Source of the DNA: a virus
Lineage: Duplodnaviria > Caudoviricetes
Length of the DNA stretch: 64,000 nucleotides
Virus record (IMG/VR): IMGVR_UViG_2890725172_000001
Location: 1-64,000 of that record
Reading direction: 5' to 3' (one strand)
Below the pieces are notes generated by a model. The model was not told the DNA's origin. It was given only the letters and a program-made list of their open reading frames with translations, and ran no database searches. Both the position numbers and the translations under genes were made by a program. Positions 45,198 through 53,643 of this stretch are shown piece after piece; the first letter of the stretch is position 1; each line of letters starts with the position of its first letter.

Positions 45198-46486
45198 GGA
45201 GTAGTGCCTCGGCGCTGCTTGATCCGGGCCGAATCTTCCTCGCGGGTCGGGATGCGCTCGCCTGGCAGACGGTCCATGCTGCGCTGGGCGACGGAGCGCT
45301 TGTCCCAAGACGCCCGCGCGGAAACGTGTTCGTGGTTCTCTGACGCGGGGACGTAGACGCCACGTGGCGAGTCGGTGGCTCGGGGGAGTGGACGGATGTT
45401 CCCTGCACGTCCCTGTGGCGCAGGCGCCGGGCTGGCGCTCTTCGCGGCAGCAGGCTGATTGACCTGTGGTGCCTGTACAGCTGCTGGGGTGGCGGCTGGC
45501 GCGGCCGAGGCGGCGACAGGCGGAGGCGAGGCGGACGGCGCGGCCTTGGCGACCGAGGGCTTCCGCTGGGCCCGCGCAGGTGCGGCCTTGGTCGTCGCTG
45601 GTGCGGCTGGCGGAGTGGCTGCGGGCGTATCGGTGTAGTTGGAGGGGTCGGTGAGGAAGGCCATCGCGCCCGCGATACCACTTGCTGGTGGGGTTTTCTT
45701 GGGTGTTCTGGCTGGTGTGGGGGCTGGTGCGGCTGTCTGAGGAACGGAGGCTGGCGTGGCGACATTGCCCGCACGAGCTCGGCTGGCTGGCGCCTTGGGG
45801 GCGGCGGCCGGTGGGTTGTACGGCTGGCCGTATGGCGAGTCGTACCAGTCGGGGAGGTGGGCGCCCGGCTTGGGTACGCTCATGCCGGAGTCGACCCGAT
45901 CCCAGTGGTGCCTAATCTTCTGCCGGTTGGCTTCGTCCGCCAGGCGCATGCTCTGCTGGTGTGTGTCGACCTCTCGCTGACGATCCTGGTTGTCCCAGGC
46001 CGTCAGGTTGCTCCGGCGGTAGTTCTCGCCGACGACCTTTCCTCGCGCGGCGCCTTCCTCTTTGGCGTACGCCGCCTTACCGGCGGCCGAGGCCGCGTCG
46101 TCGCCGATCCGCTTCTTGGCCGCCTCGTCGACATCGGACATGTCTCTGTGTAGAGCCAGCTTCACCTTCGAGGCCCTGGTGGCTTCGTTGATACGCTCGT
46201 CAGTCCGGGCTACCGCCTCTCGGCGGTTGGCGTTGTAGCGGGAGTCGTTGCGGTAGTCGGTGATGGCCTTCTGGCGGTCGTGCCGGGCGATCTCCTTACC
46301 GAGCTGTGTATCGGTGGCAACCTTGTGGCGGCGGTCCCACTCGGCGTTGCGCCGTTCGAACTCGGTGTTCCGCTGGCGGTTCTGAATGGTGGTGTCGACG
46401 ACGCGGGCCAACACGTCGAACATGCCGGTGCGGCTGCCGCTGCTTTGGTTGATCGCGGCAGAGATATTGCTGAACTGGATACTCAC
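45194..46486 (-). CDS. Coiled-coil plus Ala/Pro-rich low-complexity protein
   Basis: GTGA coupling at both ends. Confidence 0.65.
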   Translation of the reverse strand: MSIQFSNISAAINQSSGSRTGMFDVLARVVDTTIQNRQRNTEFERRNAEWDRRHKVATDTQLGKEIARHDRQKAITDYRNDSRYNANRREAVARTDERINEATRASKVKLALHRDMSDVDEAAKKRIGDDAASAAGKAAYAKEEGAARGKVVGENYRRSNLTAWDNQDRQREVDTHQQSMRLADEANRQKIRHHWDRVDSGMSVPKPGAHLPDWYDSPYGQPYNPPAAAPKAPASRARAGNVATPASVPQTAAPAPTPARTPKKTPPASGIAGAMAFLTDPSNYTDTPAATPPAAPATTKAAPARAQRKPSVAKAAPSASPPPVAASAAPAATPAAVQAPQVNQPAAAKSASPAPAPQGRAGNIRPLPRATDSPRGVYVPASENHEHVSARASWDKRSVAQRSMDRLPGERIPTREEDSARIKQRRGTTP

Positions 46487-46938
46487 GAGTCCTCGATCTC
46501 GTCTGGCAAATGGGCAAGCGCACGGTCGTGATCGGCTTCGATCGCCGCGACGAGCTCGGCCCACTGAGGTGCTGGGGGGAGGGGTGTGTAGGCGCGGGGG
46601 TTGATCCACAGCAGGTGGGATTGGCCGATGCTGAACAGCGGATGGGCCAAGCTGGGATCCCCGATGACGACGAGGTCGAGGGCTCCGGTAGCGCGCAAGG
46701 TGCGGATCTGCTGAAGCCGGTCAATGTCCGGCGTGGGGTTGTAGGTGACGTTCGCGTGGCGGTGGAAGCCTTCACGAGTCAGCCAACTAGTCGTGAAACT
46801 CTTGTCGTGGTCGGCAAGGATGGTGACCCGGTAGTTGTTGACGAGGGCGTTGTAGAGGGCCTTGCCGTCGTCGTCGGGCAAGCCAGTGAGGGTGTCCCGG
46901 AGGATGCCGTCGAGGACGAGCGCGATGTGTCGGCTCAT
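46483..46938 (-). CDS. HAD-superfamily-like protein
   Basis: IALVLDGILRD (degenerate DxDG motif I). Confidence 0.55.
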   Translation of the reverse strand: MSRHIALVLDGILRDTLTGLPDDDGKALYNALVNNYRVTILADHDKSFTTSWLTREGFHRHANVTYNPTPDIDRLQQIRTLRATGALDLVVIGDPSLAHPLFSIGQSHLLWINPRAYTPLPPAPQWAELVAAIEADHDRALAHLPDEIEDS

Positions 46939-47918
46939 GTGGTTGCTCCGTGTGTGAGTTGGGCCGAAATCCGTGAAGCGGCGGCGTCCGGGAGGATGTG
47001 GCCGTAGACGTTGCGCTGGTACATGGCGTTCGCGTCGGCGCCGATTTTGGTGATCTTCTGGAGTGCGCCGACGACGCCGTTGGCCTTGTGGCTCTGCCAC
47101 CTGTAGTTGTGCCAGTCGCCGTAGCCCTGGCCGCCCTCGGCGAAGGCGTTGCGGCGGCCGAGATGGATACCCTCGTACAGGCTCTCGGCCTGGGCGACGG
47201 CGAGCTTGGCGATCGACAAGGCGTTGGTCCAGGCGCCGGAGCCGGGGACGGCTCGGCTGGCCTGAGTCGCGGCAGTGTTGTAGCGGTCGACGACGTCCTG
47301 GGCGAAGCGCTGCTCGCGGACGATCTGGGATCGCCAGTCGGCCGGGTAGAGCTTGGCCGGGTCGTGCGGCAACTTCGGCGGCCGAACGGTCCAGGTGTCA
47401 GAGATCAGGTCGTACGCGGCGTACGGGTGGATTGTTCGGATGTCAGTGGAGTTCTGGTTGAGGTAGTAAGTGACCTCGTAGGATTGGCCGTGGAAACGCG
47501 TCAGCGCGGTTTGCGGCCACAGGTGGTCGCGCAGCTCGGTGTTGATCACCGTGGCGATGTCGGCGTTGTCCATGTCGCTGAAGACCGGATTGAGCTTGCG
47601 CAGCTGAACCCAATCGGCGCCGAGCAGAACGTCGAGGTCACCGTTTCCACGGCTGGCCGACCATTGGTAGGTGATACCCGAACCGGCCAACCAGCAGCGA
47701 GCCCAGGAATGAGGGGCGTGCCAGCGGGTTGCCATGAAGGCGAAGAGAGTGCTAACCAGGTGTACCCGGACGTCACCCTTGAGCCTGTCACCGTTGAAGA
47801 GGTGAGGGTCAAGAGTTTTCTCAGGGGCCGAGAAATAGCCGGAAGCTCCCGTTTCGATTCGAATGGGGTCGTGCCCCATCGACTTGCGGAGATAGAAATT
47901 CGCGGCGCTTTCTGGCAT
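46935..47918 (-). CDS. Pol-beta-superfamily nucleotidyltransferase
   Basis: AGS...GDLDV and YEVTYY third acidic residue. Confidence 0.7.
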   Translation of the reverse strand: MPESAANFYLRKSMGHDPIRIETGASGYFSAPEKTLDPHLFNGDRLKGDVRVHLVSTLFAFMATRWHAPHSWARCWLAGSGITYQWSASRGNGDLDVLLGADWVQLRKLNPVFSDMDNADIATVINTELRDHLWPQTALTRFHGQSYEVTYYLNQNSTDIRTIHPYAAYDLISDTWTVRPPKLPHDPAKLYPADWRSQIVREQRFAQDVVDRYNTAATQASRAVPGSGAWTNALSIAKLAVAQAESLYEGIHLGRRNAFAEGGQGYGDWHNYRWQSHKANGVVGALQKITKIGADANAMYQRNVYGHILPDAAASRISAQLTHGATT

Positions 47919-47991
47919 AACTCCAGAATATCGTCGCTGTGATCAGTAATCAGAATGCTAGTGAATCAGCACCGGAAAGGGCTGTCAATAG

Positions 47992-48300
47992 ATGCTCACG
48001 ACCACCGTTATCGTCGCGCTAGTCGTCCTCTGGACCTCGATTGCGTTTTGGCACGCACACCTGAGCCTCGTGGATTCGAAGAAGCTACAAGCCGCAGACC
48101 CGTTAACTCTCTGCGATACCTGCCGAAAGCATCGACGGGACACATACCCCCTTACCAAGATGTCGCCGACATTCGTCGCCCTATGGTTTTATCTCACGAG
48201 CATCTTCGTATGGTGGGTCGATGCGGTCCCTAGGGCCATCGAATACATGCGAGGAATACCGCAACACTCATGTGGTCGTAGCAGGAGGAGGAGCTCATGA
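47992..48300 (+). CDS. Membrane protein
   Basis: Two hydrophobic segments. Confidence 0.55.
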   Translation: MLTTTVIVALVVLWTSIAFWHAHLSLVDSKKLQAADPLTLCDTCRKHRRDTYPLTKMSPTFVALWFYLTSIFVWWVDAVPRAIEYMRGIPQHSCGRSRRRSS

Positions 48301-48575
48301 AGATCAAACAGCGTAAGACCAAGCACCCTGCCGCCTATGACCTCGTCACTGAGGATGGGGATGTCTGGTACTGCTTTCAATTCGCCTACGAAGGTCTGAT
48401 CAATCGTGGTGACCGGAAGGACGTTCCCACCTGGTACTGGGATCACCGCCGTGAGATCGATCTGTATGACTTCTGGCATCTCATGCGTCCTGATGGCAAG
48501 TGGGAGAAGTCTTTCACGCACCTCTCCAAGGCGAAGCAGTACCTGGCCGAAAAACTAGGAGGACAAGCGAAGTGA
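48297..48575 (+). CDS. Hypothetical protein
   Basis: GGAGG RBS, coupled. Confidence 0.7.
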   Translation: MKIKQRKTKHPAAYDLVTEDGDVWYCFQFAYEGLINRGDRKDVPTWYWDHRREIDLYDFWHLMRPDGKWEKSFTHLSKAKQYLAEKLGGQAK

Positions 48576-49303
48576 CCACCGAAAAGCGAGCAGAAGAGAT
48601 TGGTAAGGTCCTCGCCGCCCACATCGAAAAGCTGTCGGCGGACCCGATGCAGCTGCTTTCGAAGCAGGATGCCCTCAGGAGGGTAGCCCGGAGGTACAAG
48701 GCGAGGATGCACGAAGTGGAGACCCCTCTCTACGACGCCGTCTACTACGGGCACCTGGTCATGCTTCAAAGTGCGGTGCAGGGGCGCCATCTCTCACGCC
48801 TCCGCCGCCACCCAAAGCCGGAAATCCATCGATTCCAGTGGGACGGCTTGGTGGACGACGAAAACGACGCTCCAAAAAACGCTGACTTCATCCTGGATAG
48901 CACCGGGTACATTCATCGGGGAAAGGAGACCCGACTAACTTATGATCTTCCAGACGGGCATGTTCATGCCGACGAAGACTCCGTGTGGGTCACCACTCCC
49001 GCAAGGTTCCAAGAGATCCTTCAGGCTCTCCGTGAGATGGGCTGGGATCGATCGGTCCGTCAGGGTGCTGAGCGGCTTACTCGCAATGCCTTGATCGAAG
49101 CCCTCAGCGACGACATCGATCAGATTGCCGGACTGCTGTGGCTGGCGGGCATCAAGAATCCGGGGTCGGTGTGGGTATGGGCCAACGAAAAGGGAGTTCA
49201 GGTGGATCTCAGCACGAAGGGTGAAGAGCAGATTCGCGCTCTCGCCGAGATCCTGCGTAAGGCCGGAATTCCGACCGACACCAACTGGCGTAAGTTCGTC
49301 TAG
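48572..49303 (+). CDS. Hypothetical protein
   Basis: AGGAGG RBS, coupled. Confidence 0.7.
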   Translation: MTTEKRAEEIGKVLAAHIEKLSADPMQLLSKQDALRRVARRYKARMHEVETPLYDAVYYGHLVMLQSAVQGRHLSRLRRHPKPEIHRFQWDGLVDDENDAPKNADFILDSTGYIHRGKETRLTYDLPDGHVHADEDSVWVTTPARFQEILQALREMGWDRSVRQGAERLTRNALIEALSDDIDQIAGLLWLAGIKNPGSVWVWANEKGVQVDLSTKGEEQIRALAEILRKAGIPTDTNWRKFV

Positions 49304-49359
49304 GAGGCCCGACATGGATGGGTTGGAACTTCCGCCGCTTGAAGGAAAGGAGAATCGAA

Positions 49360-49647
49360 ATGGATTTCACGGATCTTGAAACATCTCTCCAGATGGAGAA
49401 GGTCAAGTACACCAAGGAAGAACTCAGGGACGGCACTCAGCTCACGGTGCCCGCGCGAGACGACGTGGACATCATCATCACGGCGTACGACCGGCACGCA
49501 GAGGAAGGGCTGAAGTACCACATCGCCTGCTTCTGGGACGGCGGGGTGGAAGCGGTACCAGTAGCGATCATGAGCAATGTGAAGATGCTGGCCCGCTACG
49601 TGAGCAGCCTGATCGACGACGACACCCTCGACCACTGGATGGACTAG
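49360..49647 (+). CDS. Hypothetical protein
   Basis: AAGGAG RBS. Confidence 0.65.
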   Translation: MDFTDLETSLQMEKVKYTKEELRDGTQLTVPARDDVDIIITAYDRHAEEGLKYHIACFWDGGVEAVPVAIMSNVKMLARYVSSLIDDDTLDHWMD

Positions 49648-49649
49648 CC

Positions 49650-49952
49650 ATGGAAACTGACTACAAACCCGGCGACGAGCCGATTCCCATCGGCTCTGTC
49701 GTCGAGTACTTCGGCAGTCCAAGCCCTGGTCGATATCGGGTCGACGACCACGCCGACCCGGCCAAGCATCCCTTCCCTCAAGTCTTCAGGGAAACGGACA
49801 TGGACAAGGCCTATCCGGACAGGACTGCCTACCATCTGTGGCCAGTTGGAGTACCACACAAGATAGGTAATCGACACCGCTCGGTTAGCTGGGTGCGGCG
49901 CACGTCCTTCACCGTGATCTCACGGCCGACAAAAAGCAGCAGCACTTCTTGA
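49650..49952 (+). CDS. Hypothetical protein
   Basis: Followed by a terminator. Confidence 0.65.
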   Translation: METDYKPGDEPIPIGSVVEYFGSPSPGRYRVDDHADPAKHPFPQVFRETDMDKAYPDRTAYHLWPVGVPHKIGNRHRSVSWVRRTSFTVISRPTKSSSTS

Positions 49953-49957
49953 GATGT

Positions 49958-50000
49958 AAAAGCCCCCTCTCCAGCCAATTGGCTGGAGAGGGGGCTTTTT
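49958..50000. terminator. Bidirectional terminator ending the tRNA operon
   Basis: aaaagccccctctccagccaattggctggagagggggcttttt. Confidence 0.85.
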
Positions 50001-50093
50001 GTGTTTCTGGCGTACGGCGCCAACGCAGTGATCGCCATCGTGCTGTACCTTTTGTCCGGCTCAAGGGACAGAAAGGTGAGTCGAACTATACAG

Positions 50094-50167
50094 TACCGAC
50101 GCAGGGACTTGAACCCTGAACCTCCCGATTTTGAGTCGGGCACCTCTGCCAGTTGGGCTACGTCGGC
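50094..50167 (-). tRNA. tRNA-Leu(CAA), short variable arm
   Basis: Cloverleaf; CCCGA-CTCAAAA-TCGGG. Confidence 0.9.
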
Positions 50168-50171
50168 CGGG

Positions 50172-50243
50172 CTCCCCATGGAGGGTTCGAACCTCCATTA
50201 CCAGAGCCAAAATCTGGCGTCCTGCCGATTGGACGAACGGGGA
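50172..50243 (-). tRNA. tRNA-Gln(TTG)
   Basis: CCAGA-TTTTGGC-TCTGG. Confidence 0.9.
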
Positions 50244-50244
50244 A

Positions 50245-50320
50245 TGGCTGACCATCCTGGACTCGAACCAGGGATGGGCGGATTAACAGTCCGCTGCTCT
50301 GCCAGCTGAGCTAATGGTCA
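50245..50320 (-). tRNA. tRNA-Asn(GTT)
   Basis: GCGGA-CTGTTAA-TCCGC; CCA encoded. Confidence 0.92.
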
Positions 50321-50325
50321 TTGCG

Positions 50326-50399
50326 TGCCGGTGCGAGGACTCGAACCCCGACTGGCCCGATCCTAAGTCAGGTGCCTCTTCCAATTGGGCTACACCGGC
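50326..50399 (-). tRNA. tRNA-Leu(TAG), short variable arm
   Basis: CCTGA-CTTAGGA-TCGGG. Confidence 0.88.
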
Positions 50400-50400
50400 G

Positions 50401-50475
50401 TGCCGACACAGGGACTCGAACCCCGGACCCGCGCGATTAAAAGTCGGCTGCTCTAACCAGCTGAGCTATGTCGGC
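50401..50475 (-). tRNA. tRNA-Lys(TTT)
   Basis: CGA-CTTTTAA-TCG; irregular anticodon stem. Confidence 0.88.
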
Positions 50476-50593
50476 AAATTTTGTGGCGCAGAAACCTATT
50501 GAGAATGCTTCCCCTCAGGGGGCCTCGACACGATTTCTACCTACTGCGCATCAGTTAAAGGTGTCATAAGCCTACTCAAGTAAGTCGAACACG

Positions 50594-50665
50594 TACCGAC
50601 GCGGGGATTCGAACCCCGATTTTCCTGACCCCATGCCAGGCGCCTCTACCATTGGGCACATCGGA
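50594..50665 (-). tRNA. Atypical tRNA, TGG (Pro) anticodon on a Leu-like body
   Basis: CCTGG-CATGGGG-TCAGG (A33), T1:T72 mismatch. Confidence 0.6.
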
Positions 50666-50666
50666 G

Positions 50667-50742
50667 TACCGCCAGCGGGAATCGAACCCGCGCCTTCGAG
50701 ATTGAAAGTCTCGCGACCCTAACCAACAGAGTCCATGGCGGC
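50667..50742 (-). tRNA. tRNA-Glu(TTC)
   Basis: CGAGA-CTTTCAA-TCTCG. Confidence 0.9.
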
Positions 50743-50743
50743 T

Positions 50744-50819
50744 TGGAGCCGTAGGGGGGATTCGAACCCCCAACATGCTGCTTGGAAGGCAGCCACTCTA
50801 CCAATTGAGTTACTACAGC
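50744..50819 (-). tRNA. tRNA-Gly(TCC)
   Basis: GCTGC-CTTCCAA-GCAGC; CCA encoded. Confidence 0.92.
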
Positions 50820-50820
50820 T

Positions 50821-50897
50821 TGGAGCCGGGACGGGGATTTGAACCCCGAACCTGCCGCTTACAAGGCGGCTGCTCTATCCAGTTGAGCTATCCCGGC
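50821..50897 (-). tRNA. tRNA-Thr(TGT)
   Basis: GCCGC-CTTGTAA-GCGGC; CCA encoded. Confidence 0.93.
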
Positions 50898-50898
50898 G

Positions 50899-50971
50899 TG
50901 CCAACGCGAGGAATCGAACCTCGGACCTGTCCCTTTTCAGGGGACCGCTCTTCCATCTGAGCTACGATGAC
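50899..50971 (-). tRNA. tRNA-Phe(GAA)
   Basis: GTCCC-CTGAAAA-GGGAC. Confidence 0.9.
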
Positions 50972-50972
50972 G

Positions 50973-51045
50973 CACTAGCGACGGGACTTGAACCCTCATC
51001 AATCTCATCGACAATGAGCCTCCCAGCCAATTGGGCGACGCTAGC
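50973..51045 (-). tRNA. tRNA-Asp(GTC), divergent
   Basis: CTCA-TTGTCGA-TGAG; G73. Confidence 0.75.
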
Positions 51046-51046
51046 T

Positions 51047-51124
51047 TGGTTGCGGGTGCCGGATTTGAACCGGCGATCCCGGACTTATGAGGCCCGTGAG
51101 GACTCCGAACTCCTCTAACCCGCA
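51047..51124 (-). tRNA. tRNA-Met(CAT), initiator-like
   Basis: CGGGC-CTCATAA-GTCCG; CCGCAACCA end. Confidence 0.9.
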
Positions 51125-51125
51125 G

Positions 51126-51198
51126 TGTGAACGAGCGGAATCGAACCGCCTCAAAGGGAGTCACATTCCCTTGTGCTAACCATTACACCACATTCACC
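51126..51198 (-). tRNA. tRNA-His(GTG)
   Basis: AGGGA-ATGTGAC-TCCCT; encoded G-1. Confidence 0.88.
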
Positions 51199-51199
51199 A

Positions 51200-51274
51200 T
51201 GGATAGTCGGCGGGATTCGAACCCGCGTTTCCGCTTTTGCAGAGCGGCGTTCTTGGCCTCTGAACTAGCGACTA
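51200..51274 (-). tRNA. tRNA-Cys(GCA)
   Basis: CCGCT-CTGCAAA-AGCGG; TCCA end; irregular acceptor stem. Confidence 0.85.
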
Positions 51275-51334
51275 CGTAAAACTTAGCAGGCGTCGATCAT
51301 CCGACGCATCTGATTTACGGCGAGGTATCGATAC

Positions 51335-51667
51335 CTAGTCGACGACGTACCAGTCCTCTTCCAGGAGGTCGGTCTGGGAGACGACCCAGGGGACGAACGA
51401 ACCGTCCGCCGTCCGCATCATGAGGTAGGACCTGAAGACACAGACGGTGCCCTCGGCGAGGCCTGTGGCCTCGGCCGTGTTCTTGTTGATGGCGATGCCG
51501 TCCGGGTAGCCGTTCTGGTGGACGATGAACATGTTCACGCCGTTCCAGCCCTCGCGGGCCAGCTTCTCGCCGTCCTTGAGGTACTGAAGAGCTTCGCTGA
51601 AGGTCAGCTGGATTCGATCGTCGCAGCCGCAGGAGCAGGCTTCTTGGATCCACTCGTCGTCTTCCAT
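51335..51667 (-). CDS. DUF2829 protein, Thoeris anti-defence Tad2-like
   Basis: TFSEALQYLKDGEKLAREGWNG..MF...VPWVVSQTDLLEEDW. Confidence 0.85.
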   Translation of the reverse strand: MEDDEWIQEACSCGCDDRIQLTFSEALQYLKDGEKLAREGWNGVNMFIVHQNGYPDGIAINKNTAEATGLAEGTVCVFRSYLMMRTADGSFVPWVVSQTDLLEEDWYVVD

Positions 51668-52005
51668 CAGGAGCCCCTCAGGCCGGTCGCGGCGAGGATC
51701 TGGGCGTTGCGCTGCTGCTCGGCGGCGGCCTGGGCGGCGCGGATCATGATCGCATGGGTTGTCATGGCGATCTCCTGGGCTTGGATCCGGCCGATGCCGA
51801 TGTGCATGGAGGACAGGACCTCTTCTGGGGTGACGTCGCGCTCGGTGATGATGGCGTTGGAGTCGAGCAGGCGCCGGTCGGAAGTGGTGACGGCGTGACC
51901 GTCGTGGTCGATGTAGGTGACGTAGGCGGTTCTGGCGACGACGGGACCGTGGTCGCCGGTGCCGAGGTCGCTCTGACCGAGGTCAGTTGCGCCGGAGGCG
52001 TTCAA
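51667..52005 (-). CDS. Hypothetical protein
   Basis: Coupled operon ORF. Confidence 0.65.
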   Translation of the reverse strand: MNASGATDLGQSDLGTGDHGPVVARTAYVTYIDHDGHAVTTSDRRLLDSNAIITERDVTPEEVLSSMHIGIGRIQAQEIAMTTHAIMIRAAQAAAEQQRNAQILAATGLRGS

Positions 52006-52015
52006 GTTCGTGTTC

Positions 52016-52537
52016 CTAGTTGGTGTAGTCGTATGTGCCAGCTGCGGCGCGTTGGCGCTGCATGACGATCGAGTGGTAGGGGCAGAAATCGCACAGGAAG
52101 GTGTTGGAGACTGGCCGGGTCGATAGCCCGGCTTCCTTGCGCAATTCCTTGGTGTCGGGGATGAGCTTCTTGCGGTCGGATCGGTAATCGCCGCAGTTCT
52201 TTGTCCGGCCGTGGTATTTCCAGCAGGAGTGGGCGTCGGCCGAGAATGTGTTGCGGGTGTCGTAGAACTTCGTGCCGAGTCCGTCGCTACCGCCCGCTGC
52301 CATTACCTTGTTGGCCTCGTCGAGAATGGCCTTGCGGTAGGTGGGGTTTTCCCACTCGCTCTTGGCGATGATCCCGAGCGGCAGGGCGGCGATGTGTGTC
52401 TGTCCGCTCTCGGTGGTGTGCCGGGAGGAGATCAGGTATTCGAGTGTGGTGTCGTATTCGGCGGGACCGTCGTAAAAGGGGAGTTCATCGACGGTCCCGC
52501 AGGTGCCACAGAAAAGAAGCCGGATTTTCTCGCTCAT
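52016..52537 (-). CDS. Cys-rich hypothetical protein
   Basis: CGTC, C..H.....C, LCDFCP. Confidence 0.75.
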   Translation of the reverse strand: MSEKIRLLFCGTCGTVDELPFYDGPAEYDTTLEYLISSRHTTESGQTHIAALPLGIIAKSEWENPTYRKAILDEANKVMAAGGSDGLGTKFYDTRNTFSADAHSCWKYHGRTKNCGDYRSDRKKLIPDTKELRKEAGLSTRPVSNTFLCDFCPYHSIVMQRQRAAAGTYDYTN

Positions 52538-53343
52538 AGGGTGAGAGCCGCCCAGGTGATGATTCCGGCTTCGCCGTCCGCGACGATTCCGGCCTTCGTC
52601 TGGAAGTCGATGACGGCCTGCTTGGTCTTGGCTCCGTAGATGCCGTCGACGGTGAGCTTGGCTCCGGCGGTGTTCAGCAGCTGCTGGAGCTGCTTGATCT
52701 TGAGCTGGTCGTCGGGGTTGGTGCCGGAGTGGTTGCGCGGGTCGTCGGACTTGATGCCGAACCAGTGGTCGGGCGCCAGCGGGAACTTCGGCCGGGTGCT
52801 GCCGGGCTTGGTCGGCTTGGATGGCGTGGTCGGTGCCGGGGTCGCCTTGGTGGCCCAGCGTGGGTAGCCGAAGCCGACGAAGACGTTGTCGTACCTGGCG
52901 CAGACGGTGACCTTGTTGGAGATGTTGCCGTCAATGGTGACGACGCGGCCTTGCTTGTCGCGGCCGAGGACGACGCCGACGTGGTCGACTCCCGCGACGG
53001 TGTCGGTGCGCTGGTAGTCGACGAAGGCGATGCTGCCCCGGGTGGCGGTGTTGCCGAGGCGGCCGTTGCTGGCGAACCATCGGGCGTGGGATGGCGTCCA
53101 GGCGAAGCAGCCGACCTGTGCGAGCGCGGCTTCGGCGGCGTCCAGGCCGCCCTTCTTGCGTCCGGCTTCCCAGGCGGCCCAGCCGGTGAACACGTCGCAC
53201 CAGGCGGCCTTGTCGAATCCGCTGTCCTTGACGCGGTCGCCGTACCAGATGCCGTAGGTGCTGGCGCCGTTCTTTTCGCCCTTGCCTTCTTGTGAGAGAA
53301 GGACGGCGATGTATTCCTCGGCGGTGATGATCAGGTCGCTCAC
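52534..53343 (-). CDS. Endolysin: CHAP domain plus peptidoglycan-binding domain
   Basis: AWCDVF, DHVGVV, TIDGN; VDGIYGAKT..AV..FQ...GIVADG. Confidence 0.88.
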   Translation of the reverse strand: MSDLIITAEEYIAVLLSQEGKGEKNGASTYGIWYGDRVKDSGFDKAAWCDVFTGWAAWEAGRKKGGLDAAEAALAQVGCFAWTPSHARWFASNGRLGNTATRGSIAFVDYQRTDTVAGVDHVGVVLGRDKQGRVVTIDGNISNKVTVCARYDNVFVGFGYPRWATKATPAPTTPSKPTKPGSTRPKFPLAPDHWFGIKSDDPRNHSGTNPDDQLKIKQLQQLLNTAGAKLTVDGIYGAKTKQAVIDFQTKAGIVADGEAGIITWAALTL

Positions 53344-53474
53344 CGGATCTCCTCGAACTCCGGGAGCTCTACGAGCTCGACCTCGGCGAGGCTGGCGGGC
53401 TGCGGACCGTCTTCGGGGCGGATGGCTCCGCCTACGGGTGGGGTGGGGTAGCTCACGTGCGAAGTCCTGATGGG

Positions 53475-53630
53475 TTAGCGGAGGGATTCGGCGCGGCGGG
53501 CGGCGCGGAATTCGGGCGCGGTGGGGGCCGAGACGTTTCCGCCGCGATCTGGGGTGTCTGTGCGGACGCCCTTTTCGGTCATTCCCTTGCGGAGGTCCGC
53601 GTTCATTGACCGTGGGGCTGGTAGAGCCAT
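53475..53630 (-). CDS. Small hypothetical protein
   Basis: AGGAG RBS. Confidence 0.55.
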   Translation of the reverse strand: MALPAPRSMNADLRKGMTEKGVRTDTPDRGGNVSAPTAPEFRAARRAESLR

Positions 53631-53643
53631 GGGGGGTCTCCTG

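Noticed and set aside
50001-51164. ORFs across the tRNA cluster
   Set aside because: They overlap clear tRNA cloverleaves
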